A stretch of 61,424 bases of DNA, filler included, from Coriobacteriales bacterium (GTDB lineage: Bacteria > Actinomycetota > Coriobacteriia > Coriobacteriales > UBA8131): assembly GCA_031263105.1 (NCBI GenBank). It is 6 parts of 6 records of this genome, joined end to end, with 100 filler letters (N's around TTAATTAATTAA, not from the genome) between each part and the next. Parts side by side here need not be neighbours in the genome. Positions count along the whole stretch, not along the records: positions 8,521 to 34,357 come from JAISGJ010000093.1; 5 more parts are not named here. One strand, written 5' to 3'. Made by a program: the position numbers and the translations under genes. Position 1 is the stretch's first letter, and each line of letters starts with the position of its first letter. Shown here piece by piece: positions 8,618-18,036 of the stretch. The notes below the pieces were generated by a model. The model had not been told where the DNA came from and did not search any database. It was given only the letters and a program-made list of their open reading frames with translations.

Positions 8618-10237
8618 CTAAGCGGCCTTGGCCTTGGTGTCGGTCTTGGTCGTGGACTTGGTCGGGGTCTTGGCTCCGGCATCGGCATCGGCATCGTCTC
8701 CGGTCTTGGTGCCGGTGTCAGTGCCCGTGCCGGTCTTGGTTCCGGTGCCGACATCGTCCCCGGTCTTGGTGCTGGCATCAGTGCCCGTGCCGGTCTTGGT
8801 TCCGGTGTCGGCATCCTCCCCATCCCCGGCATCGACAGGCGGTTTGAGGTTGCCCTTGCTCACGTCGATGACGACGTGGAACTCAAGGGGGATGAAGCGG
8901 CTGTGGTCGTCCATGGCGACCACCGTGCCCTTGGACTCGGAGGAGTCCACGTAGCGCAGCTCGTAGGTGACGTTCGCGCCTTTGGTGGCGAAGTCGTTGA
9001 AGAAGGCCGCAGGCAGGTCGCCCTCACTCGTCCCCCGATAGTCCCTGAGGTAGGGCAGGCCCTCCGAGTAGGTCACGGTGAGCGTGGCCTCGTCGCCGGG
9101 CAGCAGGCGCGTCCCGGCCGCGAGCGATTGGGAGACAAAGCGACCGTAGGCGACGCTGGGGTGGAAGCGCGTCTCGATGACGAGAGGCAGCCCTTCGGCG
9201 GCGGCGGAGGCCGTCTCGGCCGTGTAGGCGGAGAAGTCCGGCACGATAATCGCCTTGCCGAGGGAGACCGTGACCGAGAACGCGTCCTTCTTGGCGAGCT
9301 TCTCGCCCGCCGCCACGCTCTGGCTGACGACGCCGCCTTCCTCGACCGTGTCCGAGTCCGCCTCCTCGACGGTCAGCACGAGGCTGTTCGTCTGCGCCCA
9401 GGTCTCGACCTCGCTGCGCATCTTGCCCGCGAAGTCCGGGACCGTGATGTTCTTCTCGAACACCTCGGCGCCCTGTGAGTAGTACAGCGTCGCGTAGTCG
9501 CGACGGCGGTAGCGTGCGGCATCCACGTCGTTGCCCCGAAACTCGATCCGCAGGAAGTCCCCGTCCGCAACCGTGTCGCTGTACTCCTGCACGAGGCGCA
9601 GGTTGTCCGCCCGCATGTCCTGTATCCAGGCCTCGGCGGCAGCGCGCTTCAGGGTCGCGAAGTCGGGCAGGGCAAGGGCCTCGTCAGGGTCGGGCCCCTT
9701 GCTCACCGCAAGCGCCAGCACCGAGCCCTTGCTGAGCTTCTCGCCAGCGGGGACGCTTTGGGAGAGGACCGTGCCCTCCTCCTCGGCCAGGCGGTACTCC
9801 TCGGCCAGGTCGAGCCCTATCCCCGAGTCGTTGGAGAAGGACTGCGCCTCCGCCACCTGCTTGCCCACCAGCTCCGGCACCTCGACCAGGCGCATGAGGT
9901 ACCAGGCGAGGAAGGCGAGCGCCGCGAACACTACGACGGCGCCCATGACGACGACCGCACGCACCAGCCTCTTGCGTCGGTAGCCCTTGTCGACCTCGAC
10001 GCGATGGTCGAGCGAACGGATGCCGTAGGCGGACGAGGCGGGGGCGACGGGGGTCACGGGGACGAAAAGGCCGTCGTGGCCTGGCTCGACGGTGCCGGTG
10101 GGGGCAGACGCGGGCGCGGCGCCACCAGCGGGCGCGGCGCCGTCGGGTGCGGCCCCGACATCGGAACCAGGGGCTGCCCGCTGCGCGACCACCGGCTTGA
10201 CGCCGTCGCCCTCGAACTGGCTCAAAAAATCGCCCAT
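8618..10237 (-). CDS. Single-TM multi-PASTA domain protein with T/G/K/D-rich repetitive tail
   Basis: TM helix (AVVVMGAVVVFAALAFLAWYL), then repeated VP(E/D)..G / SDTV..G.V.SQS..AG / L.VS.G PASTA units. No kinase or transpeptidase domain. C-terminal TGTKTG repeats. Confidence 0.88.
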   Translation of the reverse strand: MGDFLSQFEGDGVKPVVAQRAAPGSDVGAAPDGAAPAGGAAPASAPTGTVEPGHDGLFVPVTPVAPASSAYGIRSLDHRVEVDKGYRRKRLVRAVVVMGAVVVFAALAFLAWYLMRLVEVPELVGKQVAEAQSFSNDSGIGLDLAEEYRLAEEEGTVLSQSVPAGEKLSKGSVLALAVSKGPDPDEALALPDFATLKRAAAEAWIQDMRADNLRLVQEYSDTVADGDFLRIEFRGNDVDAARYRRRDYATLYYSQGAEVFEKNITVPDFAGKMRSEVETWAQTNSLVLTVEEADSDTVEEGGVVSQSVAAGEKLAKKDAFSVTVSLGKAIIVPDFSAYTAETASAAAEGLPLVIETRFHPSVAYGRFVSQSLAAGTRLLPGDEATLTVTYSEGLPYLRDYRGTSEGDLPAAFFNDFATKGANVTYELRYVDSSESKGTVVAMDDHSRFIPLEFHVVIDVSKGNLKPPVDAGDGEDADTGTKTGTGTDASTKTGDDVGTGTKTGTGTDTGTKTGDDADADAGAKTPTKSTTKTDTKAKAA

Positions 10238-10238
10238 G

Positions 10239-11114
10239 CTACACCAGCGCCTCTCTTTCCGAGTCCGAATCCGACGCGGCAGGAGCGGCAGTCGAGGGGA
10301 CAGCAGGCGCGGCGGACACAGGGCCGCCGGGCGCAGCGACCGCCGGGCCGCTGGGAGCAGCAAACGCAGGGGTGCCAGGCGCAGCCGCAGCAGCGACCAT
10401 CGGATCGCCGGGGGCAACCGCAGCAGCAACCGCCGCCCCGCCCGTCACCTCGCCGAGCACCCCCTTGGACAGGTTCAGCACCTCGTCCGCCTCGTTGGCG
10501 ACCTCGGCGGCGTGGGTGACGACGACGACGCACTTGTCGTGCTCGTGAGCCAATGCCTTGAATATCTGCACAATCTCCTCAGAACTCGTCTCGTCGAGGT
10601 TGCCGGTGGGCTCGTCGGCGAGGATGAGGTCCACGTTGGTGGCAAGCGCCCGCGCGATGGCGACGCGCTGCTGCTCCCCGCCCGAGAGCTGCGGCACGCG
10701 GCGCTCGGCCCTCGTGGCGTCGATGCCGAGGTACGAGAGCAGGTTGGTCGCGACGGCACGCTGGTCTGCCGGCAGCTTGTTGTCGGTGATGTCCATCGCG
10801 ACGAGCACGTTCTCGGTGGCGGTGAGCCACGGGATGAGGTTGTAGCTCTGGAAGACGATGCTCACGTGGTTGCGCCTGAAGCCCTCGTAGCCCAGCTTCT
10901 GGATGTCCGTGCCCTGGTAGAGGACCTCGCCGGAGCGGGGCGCGTCGAGCGCGCTCATCAAGGAGAGCAGGGTGGTCTTCCCCGAGCCGGAGTTGCCGAG
11001 GATGGCATAGAAGCGGCCCGGCTCGAAGTCGTAGGAGATGTCGCTTAGGACATAGCGCTGGGTGGCGCCGTCCTGATAGGCATAGGTGAGGTTGCGCAGA
11101 GACAGTATGGCCAT
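10239..11114 (-). CDS. ABC transporter ATP-binding protein (MacB/LolD-like)
   Basis: [49 protein letters not shown]; Ala/Pro-rich C-terminal tail. Confidence 0.95.
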   Translation of the reverse strand: MAILSLRNLTYAYQDGATQRYVLSDISYDFEPGRFYAILGNSGSGKTTLLSLMSALDAPRSGEVLYQGTDIQKLGYEGFRRNHVSIVFQSYNLIPWLTATENVLVAMDITDNKLPADQRAVATNLLSYLGIDATRAERRVPQLSGGEQQRVAIARALATNVDLILADEPTGNLDETSSEEIVQIFKALAHEHDKCVVVVTHAAEVANEADEVLNLSKGVLGEVTGGAAVAAAVAPGDPMVAAAAAPGTPAFAAPSGPAVAAPGGPVSAAPAVPSTAAPAASDSDSEREALV

Positions 11115-11128
11115 GGGGCGTTCCCTTC

Positions 11129-12703
11129 TCACATCAGTATCTTCTTGGGCTTCAGGCGCAGCACGTAGAGCAGCGGCACGACGCACGAGAGCGCCGTCAC
11201 TCCCACGCCGAGCCCCAGGAAGGTGAGCACGTAGGGCACGCTGAGGCTCACGCGGTAGCCCGCCGCCACGTCCTCGGCCGAGATGGAGTCCATCAAAAGG
11301 CCCGCGTCGCCCCCCAGGTAGCTGCCTGCCGAGATCATCATCCCGTCGCCCGCGCCCTGCGAGGGCATCAGCTGGTTGTCCACCATCTGCTGCGAGAGAC
11401 CGCCCGAGACGAGCGAGCCCGTGAACAGCGCGATGCCCAAGGCCACAATTGCGACCACAAGCACCTCTATCAGCACCTGGCTGACGATCAGCGGCCTGCG
11501 CGCACCGAGCGAGAGGTAGATGCCGAACTCCTTGCGGCGGTCACGCAAAAAGAGCACGACGACGAGGGAGACGACGGCAAGCGCCACGACGACCACGACG
11601 ACGAGCGCCACGGACATGATGTTCTGGATGTCCCTCATCGGCCCTGCGACCTGCTCGTACTGGGAGGTGGCAGAGAGCACCTTGTAGTACTCGGGGAGCC
11701 GTGCGGACGCCGCCTGCTCGAAGCTCTCGAGGTCGTCGATGGAGTTGAGCAGGTAGACCGGCGTGTAATACGGGGTGTAGCTCTCGTTCGACCACAGCTC
11801 GCCCTCGCCTGCGGCCACCGCCAGCTTGCGGTACTCCTCCGTGTTGAACTCGTCCTCCGCCTGCGCCACCTTGATGGGCACGTAGAGGGTGCTGTACAGC
11901 TCGCTCTCAGTGAAGTCGACGACGACGCCCCCGCCGCCGCCGGTGCCGGCCTCGTCCTTGTCGCCCCCTGTCAGGTCGTCGGCACCGCTGTTGCGCGCGA
12001 ATATGCCGATGACCTCGAGCACCACGTCATGCGAGGCCGCCACCTTGGCGCCCGACTCGTCGGAGGCGGCGATGTCCGTCCCGCCCGCCGAATACCAGTC
12101 CTGTATCTCGTTGACAAGGACGACGGTGTCGCCCACATGGAGGTTGTTCGTCTCGGCCACCACGTCGGGGACGATGGCGACCATCCTGCCCTCGCTGATG
12201 TCCGCATCGGTGAACACGCGCCCCTCCACAAGGCTGAGCTTGCCCTCCTCGATGGGCAGGACGGGGGCATAGCGTATGCCACGGAGCGTGAAGTAGGCCG
12301 AATCCGCGTCCGGGCCGACGGCGATGGCACTCGCAACGCCACCCTCGCTTTCAGGCGGCTGGTAGTTCTTCAAGGTTCGGGAGAGGAGATAGGCGCCGAG
12401 CGAGTAGTCGAAGCTCCTGACCTCGGGCCGCTGCCCCAGCTCCTCGATGAGCGCGGCATCAGGATATTCGATCGTGGGCTCCTCGCCCCTGTTGTAGGCC
12501 TCCATGAGCTTCTGGTCGTCCATCCCCAAAGAGACGTTGGCGCCGAGCGCCTGCTTCGCCGCCTCCTCGGACTGCACGATCGCCTGGCGCACCGCCACGG
12601 TGCCCGCTATCAGGTTGCCGATGATGAGCACGACCAGGAACAGGATAAGGCTCTTCCCCGGCCTCCGCACGATACTCAAGGCCGCACGTCTCGCGAAGTC
12701 CAT
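11129..12703 (-). CDS. FtsX/MacB-type ABC permease (paralog 3)
   Basis: MDFARRAALSIVRRPGKSLIL N-terminal TM, large extracellular domain, RDRRKEFGIYLSLG FtsX motif, C-terminal LKPKKILM. Confidence 0.92.
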   Translation of the reverse strand: MDFARRAALSIVRRPGKSLILFLVVLIIGNLIAGTVAVRQAIVQSEEAAKQALGANVSLGMDDQKLMEAYNRGEEPTIEYPDAALIEELGQRPEVRSFDYSLGAYLLSRTLKNYQPPESEGGVASAIAVGPDADSAYFTLRGIRYAPVLPIEEGKLSLVEGRVFTDADISEGRMVAIVPDVVAETNNLHVGDTVVLVNEIQDWYSAGGTDIAASDESGAKVAASHDVVLEVIGIFARNSGADDLTGGDKDEAGTGGGGGVVVDFTESELYSTLYVPIKVAQAEDEFNTEEYRKLAVAAGEGELWSNESYTPYYTPVYLLNSIDDLESFEQAASARLPEYYKVLSATSQYEQVAGPMRDIQNIMSVALVVVVVVALAVVSLVVVLFLRDRRKEFGIYLSLGARRPLIVSQVLIEVLVVAIVALGIALFTGSLVSGGLSQQMVDNQLMPSQGAGDGMMISAGSYLGGDAGLLMDSISAEDVAAGYRVSLSVPYVLTFLGLGVGVTALSCVVPLLYVLRLKPKKILM

Positions 12704-12826
12704 GCGACGCCTCCTTCCTTCGCTGACATCAAGACACGGGCACCCTCGAACGGCTGTGCCTGTCGAGACACCACTATACTGCTTGCCGGAAGCGAAAGCC
12801 AGCGACCGTGCGGGCATGACCTCCTC

Positions 12827-12876
12827 TTCCCTTCTCACATCAGTATCCTCTTGGGCTTCAGGCGCAGCACGTAGAG
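12827..12876 (-). pseudogene. Remnant of an FtsX permease 3' end
   Basis: 49/50 nt identical to 11121-11170; encodes LYVLRLKPKRILM-stop. Confidence 0.8.
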
Positions 12877-12890
12877 ATGCTGAGCCTGCC

Positions 12891-13976
12891 TCACCGTATC
12901 TCCTCCCCCGTGACCGCATCGAAGTGGCAGCGGTAGGGCATCCCGTCGGCCTCCACCGGGCCGTCCTGCGCCCCGGTCGCTATCAAATAGCTCCACACGG
13001 GAACCAGTTCGACCGCAGAGCGCGAAGGGTCGGTGTAGCGGACGCAGTACTCCAGGCGGACGTCGGTGACCTCGTAGGGACGCGCCGCGATGAGGGCCGC
13101 CGCGTACCTCTCGTCCAAGAGCCGGTCGGCGGCCTCCTGTGGTAGGATCTCGACCGTCCTTACGTTCGAAGTATCCACCGTGTAGAGCGCCGAGACCGAG
13201 AGCGACACAAGGCCCTCGGCGGTAACGAGGGCCTCGATGGGAGCACCCCCTCTGTACTCTGGGCTTTGGAGGGTGCCGGTGAGGTCGTCGGCGTACAGGG
13301 GGATGCCGCCGACCTCTGGCTCGAGGATCAGGTAATAGCAGTCGTCGGCCTCTGTCCAAGACTCCTTGGGGACGATTTTCCTGTACAGAGACACACCCTC
13401 GTTGTCCGGGTCCCCCAAGATGCCCTCCTCGGCCGCTGCCATCGCCTCGTGGTCGAGGGCATAGGTCGTCACCTTGCCGAACGAGATAAAGCCAAGGCCG
13501 CTCAGGACAGCCTTCACCTTGTCGACGGCCTCCTCGGGGCTGCAGAACCAAAGCCTCCCGCCCGCCGCCGCCCCCTCCGCCCCTAAAAGAGCGTCGCTGG
13601 ATGCGCTCAAATCGAAAACGTCTCTGATGGCCTTGGAGAACGGACCGGAGAAGCTGACGTAACCGGCGTGATCTACGTATACGTCAAAGCCGTCGGTTGT
13701 CGCAATACGGTAATTCGGCCCGCCCTGGCTTTCGTCACGGTAGGTGACGTCGGAGACGGTCTTGCCCTCCAAGAGGCAGGCTTCGGCCTCCTCCGGCGTA
13801 ACGACACGGATGCCAAAGGCCGGGACGTCCAGCGTCGCAGGGGCATCCACCGACTGCCCCAAGGGGTTGCCGAGAGAGCCGCCTGCGCCCTCGCCGGAGG
13901 CACGGCCGACACCCTGGCAGGCGGCGAGCGCAAGCACGAGCAGACACGAGAGGGCACAGAGCACGAACCTTGGCAC
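12891..13976 (-). CDS. Uncharacterised lipoprotein (paralog L3)
   Basis: GTG start, lipobox LAAC; highly similar to 18037-19122; C-terminal L-PVW and FDAVTGEE motifs. Confidence 0.85.
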   Translation of the reverse strand: MPRFVLCALSCLLVLALAACQGVGRASGEGAGGSLGNPLGQSVDAPATLDVPAFGIRVVTPEEAEACLLEGKTVSDVTYRDESQGGPNYRIATTDGFDVYVDHAGYVSFSGPFSKAIRDVFDLSASSDALLGAEGAAAGGRLWFCSPEEAVDKVKAVLSGLGFISFGKVTTYALDHEAMAAAEEGILGDPDNEGVSLYRKIVPKESWTEADDCYYLILEPEVGGIPLYADDLTGTLQSPEYRGGAPIEALVTAEGLVSLSVSALYTVDTSNVRTVEILPQEAADRLLDERYAAALIAARPYEVTDVRLEYCVRYTDPSRSAVELVPVWSYLIATGAQDGPVEADGMPYRCHFDAVTGEEIR

Positions 13977-13991
13977 AACCGATCCTTCTTT

Positions 13992-14102
13992 CTTTGTTCG
14001 AGCAGCGCTTGCCACCAAGGACGTTTCCCGCACACAGGCACCCACCCTTCTGAAGCCTTCACTTAGTAATAGTTGCGAGTTGGGGAACGGTTCACATTTT
14101 TC
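13992..14102 (-). promoter_or_regulatory. Duplicate of the ECF sigma gene promoter and first codons; putative ECF promoter TGAACC at 14094-14089
   Basis: Aligns with 26838-26949; TGAACCG and CTCGCRACTATTACTA are conserved while the spacer differs. Confidence 0.65.
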
Positions 14103-14171
14103 TTGGAATCGGCAGGGTGCCTCAAACCCTCGGGCCTGCCGCCCCTGTCCTCGTCAAGCTGATCCCTCCCC

Positions 14172-15698
14172 TTATAGCAGTATCCTCCGAGGCTTCAGGC
14201 GCAGCACGTAGAGCAGGGGCACGACGCAGGAAAGGGCCACCACGCCTACGCTGACCCCGAAGAACGTGAACACGTAGGGCAGGTCGACACTCACCTGATA
14301 GCTCGCCATGGCGTCCTCTACGGACAATGTGCCCATCAGAAGACCCATGGTGCTCGTCAGTGAGTTGCCCGAGATAGAGTGCATCGAGGAGATGTCCTGT
14401 TGACCCGCCATCTGGCCCTCCACCATGTGCTGAGAGAGCGCCCCAGAAGCAAGGGAGCCCACGAACAGCGCGAGGACGAGGGCGACGAGGGCGACCGCGA
14501 GCACCTCCGCGAGCACCTGGGCCACGACGACAGGACGATGCACGCCGAGCGAAAGATAGATGCCGAACTCGCGGCGGCGGTCGCGCAGGGAGAGCGCGAC
14601 AACGAGCGAGACGACGGTGAGCGCCGCAGCTGCCACTACGACGAGCGCCGTGCCCATGGCCCGCTGGATGCCCTTCATCGGGCCTGCCACTTCCTCGAAC
14701 TGGGTCGTGGCGGAGAGCACCTGGTAGAACTCGGGGAGCGCCGCCTGCGCCGCCTGCTCGAAGCTGTCGAGGTCGTCTGGGGAGTGAAGCAGGTAGAGAA
14801 CGCTGTAGCGCGGCCCCCTGCCTTCCGACTCCTCCCTCGTGAGCTTGCGCTCCGCCTCCAGAGCAAACTCCTGTTCCTCGCGTGCGAGACCGACGGGCAC
14901 GTAGAAGACCTCGTAGTACTCGTTCGCAGCCTCCGTGACGCGCTCTTGAAGCTCCTGTCTGCCTTGGCTGCCTGCAGCCGCCGCGCCCGCGCCGCCGCCG
15001 AGGGAGAACACGCCGATGACCTCGAGCGTGAGGTCGTGCGAGGCGACCACCTCACCGTCCTCCCGACTGGAGAACTTCCCCGCCTGATCCGCTGACGAGT
15101 AGTCCCGCACCTCGTTGAGGAGGGCGACGCGGTCGCCCACGTGAAGGCCGTTCTCCGCAGCCACCATGTCGGGTATGAGGGCGACCGGCCTGCCCTCGGC
15201 GACCTCCTCCTCCGTGAACGTGCGCCCTTCCACGAGGGCAAGTGCACCCTCCTCGATGGGCATGACGGGAGCGTAGCGCGTGCCCCGAAGCGTGAAATGG
15301 GCCATGTCGTCAACCGGGCCGAAATCCAAAGCCCCGGGTACCCGATAGTTCTTCAACTCCGGGGCAATGATTAGCATGGCGTCGATCGAGTAGTCGAAAG
15401 CCCTGACCTCGGGGCGCCGCCCCAGCTCCTCGAAGAGTTCAATGCTGAGGTTCTTGACGACGAAGTCATCGAAGTCCACCCCCCGCTCTTGGGCCTCCGT
15501 CAACGCCTGGGAGTCCCCTCCCAAGGAAACGCTGGCGCCCAGCGCCTGTTTTGCTGCCTCCTCGGAACCGGCCACCGCCTGGCGCACCGCCACCGCGCCC
15601 GCCATCAGGCTGCCGAGTGCGAGCACGACCAAGAACAGGATGAGGCTCTTGCCAGGCCGCCGCACGATGCTCAGAAACGCACGCCTCACGAAGCCCAT
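14172..15698 (-). CDS. FtsX/MacB-type ABC permease (paralog 2)
   Basis: Same architecture as 11129-12703; RDRRREFGIYLSLG motif. Confidence 0.92.
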   Translation of the reverse strand: MGFVRRAFLSIVRRPGKSLILFLVVLALGSLMAGAVAVRQAVAGSEEAAKQALGASVSLGGDSQALTEAQERGVDFDDFVVKNLSIELFEELGRRPEVRAFDYSIDAMLIIAPELKNYRVPGALDFGPVDDMAHFTLRGTRYAPVMPIEEGALALVEGRTFTEEEVAEGRPVALIPDMVAAENGLHVGDRVALLNEVRDYSSADQAGKFSSREDGEVVASHDLTLEVIGVFSLGGGAGAAAAGSQGRQELQERVTEAANEYYEVFYVPVGLAREEQEFALEAERKLTREESEGRGPRYSVLYLLHSPDDLDSFEQAAQAALPEFYQVLSATTQFEEVAGPMKGIQRAMGTALVVVAAAALTVVSLVVALSLRDRRREFGIYLSLGVHRPVVVAQVLAEVLAVALVALVLALFVGSLASGALSQHMVEGQMAGQQDISSMHSISGNSLTSTMGLLMGTLSVEDAMASYQVSVDLPYVFTFFGVSVGVVALSCVVPLLYVLRLKPRRILL

Positions 15699-16363
15699 GC
15701 GCCGTCACCTCCGTCCTTCGCTACGATGCGCCCCTGATCCATCTGGCAGACGGTGTCGCAGAGGAGCGCCAGGTCCTCCCTCGAGTGGCTGGCCATGAGA
15801 ATGGTCTTTCCGTGCTCCCGCAGCTCGATCAGGAGCTGCCGCATGTCCTCGACGCCCGCTACGTCAAGCCCGTTGAAGGGCTCGTCTAAGATGAGGAGCG
15901 CAGGATCCTCCATGATCGCCTGTGCGATGCCCAGACGCTGGCGCATGCCCAGCGAGAACTTGCCCACATGCTGCCTGCTCAAAGGGTCGAGCCCCACCCG
16001 TTCGAGGGCACCGGCCAGCTGTTCCTTGGTGGCCTTTCCCCTGATGTTCGCCAAGAGCCTCAGATTGCCAAGCGCACTGTACTGGGGGAGGAAGCCCGGG
16101 GCCTCGATGATGATGCCCACGTCTTTGGGCACATCGGTGTCCTTCCCTATCCGCCTGCCGTCCACGGTGATGCTCCCCGAGCTGAGGGGGACAAAGCCGC
16201 AGACCGCCTTGAGGAGCACGGTCTTCCCACAGCCGTTGCGACCCGTGATGCCATGGATGAGTCCCTGCTCGAAGCTCAGGCTCACGTCGTCCAATACCAC
16301 GTGCTCCCCGTACTTCTTTGTCGCGTTCGCGATAGTCACGATATCCAAGGCAATGCTCCTCAT
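15686..16363 (-). CDS. ABC transporter ATP-binding protein (BcrA/drug-resistance-like)
   Basis: GRNGCGKT, FSLGMRQRLGIAQAIME, LILDEPFNGLD, ASH. Confidence 0.95.
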   Translation of the reverse strand: MRSIALDIVTIANATKKYGEHVVLDDVSLSFEQGLIHGITGRNGCGKTVLLKAVCGFVPLSSGSITVDGRRIGKDTDVPKDVGIIIEAPGFLPQYSALGNLRLLANIRGKATKEQLAGALERVGLDPLSRQHVGKFSLGMRQRLGIAQAIMEDPALLILDEPFNGLDVAGVEDMRQLLIELREHGKTILMASHSREDLALLCDTVCQMDQGRIVAKDGGDGAWAS

Positions 16364-16367
16364 GCTC

Positions 16368-17222
16368 CTAAAGGGGCTTCGACACGTCGATTTTCAACGA
16401 CCGCGCTTTGAACAGGGACGCAGCCGCCAACACCAGGCAAGCGCCAATCAACACTGCAAGGGCGTAAGACACCGTGGGATAGGGCGAAAAGCCCGTGGTA
16501 TCCAGGATAGAGAGGTCCGACCAGGCCGTGGGAGCGAAGTGGTACATCCAGTAGCCGCTCCCCGAGAACTGGAACAACTGGGGCGCGAGGGAGGCCACGA
16601 GTCCCATCGCGATGCCGGCGGCACGCCCCGAGTAGAGGTTCACGGCGAACATGGCAAGGCCTATCAGGGCGACCTCCAAGGCAAACAGCCCGGAACTGAG
16701 CGCCATGGCACAGGCCGGCGTATAACTCGCCTGTACGACATAGGGGACAGGGACGTCGATGTAGTTGTAGCCTGCCGTCGTCAGGGCGGCTGTCGAGAGG
16801 ATCCTCCCCCACTCAAAGGTGAAGCCCAGATGGGGGACGAGCGTAAGGACGCTGACCGCCGTCACGAACAGCACATAGACGAGCGTCGCCAAAAGGACGT
16901 AGAGCAGCTGGCCGCAGAGCCATCGCACCTTGCCCGCACGGATGCTCTCGTAGGGCGTCAAGTCGTGTATGAACGGCGCGTCGCAGAAGAGGAGAACCAC
17001 CGCAAAGAAGAGCGGCATGCAGACCCGCAGGTCGCCCAAGAGGAAAGGGAGGGTCCACGGCGCGACAGGGACGTCGACCACCTGCGAGAAGGCCACAAAG
17101 CCCTGGCTGAAGCCGTGGACGACGAAGGCCGCCAAGAGGAAGGACACCCAGTAGCGCGGCTCGATGAGCCAGCGCCTGAAATTGTTCGTGGCGAGGCGGA
17201 CAACCACCCGCATACTACCCAT
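16368..17222 (-). CDS. ABC-2-like membrane permease
   Basis: About 6 TM segments, LFCDAPF and IRAGK..W motifs; directly upstream of the ABC ATPase. Confidence 0.8.
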   Translation of the reverse strand: MGSMRVVVRLATNNFRRWLIEPRYWVSFLLAAFVVHGFSQGFVAFSQVVDVPVAPWTLPFLLGDLRVCMPLFFAVVLLFCDAPFIHDLTPYESIRAGKVRWLCGQLLYVLLATLVYVLFVTAVSVLTLVPHLGFTFEWGRILSTAALTTAGYNYIDVPVPYVVQASYTPACAMALSSGLFALEVALIGLAMFAVNLYSGRAAGIAMGLVASLAPQLFQFSGSGYWMYHFAPTAWSDLSILDTTGFSPYPTVSYALAVLIGACLVLAAASLFKARSLKIDVSKPL

Positions 17223-18012
17223 CGCCGAGCCTCTTTCTTACGCTCCGGCAGAAGAGCAGGCCGAACAGGGCCGTCAAAACGATGAAGAGAAAAACGGAGT
17301 AGAGCAGCGAGAGGCCCGCGTCAGGAAAGACCGCAAGGCCCTCCGCGAGCCTGCCTATCCTGAGGAAGGACGGGAGGCCGAGCAAGGAGGAGACGAGGCC
17401 CGTGAACCAATAGGCCACGACGGGTGCCGCATAGACCACGAAGACGTTGGGGACGACCGAGGAGACATAGAGCGCGAACACCGCCCAGAACGAGCAGGCG
17501 ACGCTCATCGCCACCATCTGCAGCAACAGATACGCCAAGGCCGGAAGCTGGACGACCCCGCCGAAGAACAGGAACTCGAAGGAGACCGCCTCATGGGCGG
17601 CGGTCAAGGGCGCCTGGAGCCCAAGGAGCAGCGCGGCGCAGGCATAGCCCAGAAGGACCGCCGCAAAGGTCGAGAGCGCCACGGCGACGACCCGCGAGGA
17701 CGCATAGGCCCCTGCGGAGGAGCGGATCACGCAGAACCTCACGAAACGGCTCCGGTAGTCTGCACAGAACGAGTGGCCGTAGGCAGCAACCCCCAGGCTG
17801 TAGGCGACGATTGCGAGGGTGGTGTTCTGAAAGACGAAAAAATGAAAGAGGTAGGAGACGCTCTGGGTTGCCCCTGCGCCCAGGGCGGCCGAGCGCTCCA
17901 GGGACATCGAGAGAAAGCAGAGCGCCACGATGGCAAGGGCCGCCCCACAGAAGCGCGGCGAGAGGAAGGCCCTCCGCAGATCGGAGCGCAAGGCTGATCT
18001 GCGGCTAGCCAT
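17215..18012 (-). CDS. ABC-2-like membrane permease
   Basis: About 6 TM segments, YGHSFCADY...IRSS...Y motif; overlaps the next gene. Confidence 0.8.
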   Translation of the reverse strand: MASRRSALRSDLRRAFLSPRFCGAALAIVALCFLSMSLERSAALGAGATQSVSYLFHFFVFQNTTLAIVAYSLGVAAYGHSFCADYRSRFVRFCVIRSSAGAYASSRVVAVALSTFAAVLLGYACAALLLGLQAPLTAAHEAVSFEFLFFGGVVQLPALAYLLLQMVAMSVACSFWAVFALYVSSVVPNVFVVYAAPVVAYWFTGLVSSLLGLPSFLRIGRLAEGLAVFPDAGLSLLYSVFLFIVLTALFGLLFCRSVRKRLGDG

Positions 18013-18036
18013 ACAGGCGCCCCCTGGAGGCCTGCC

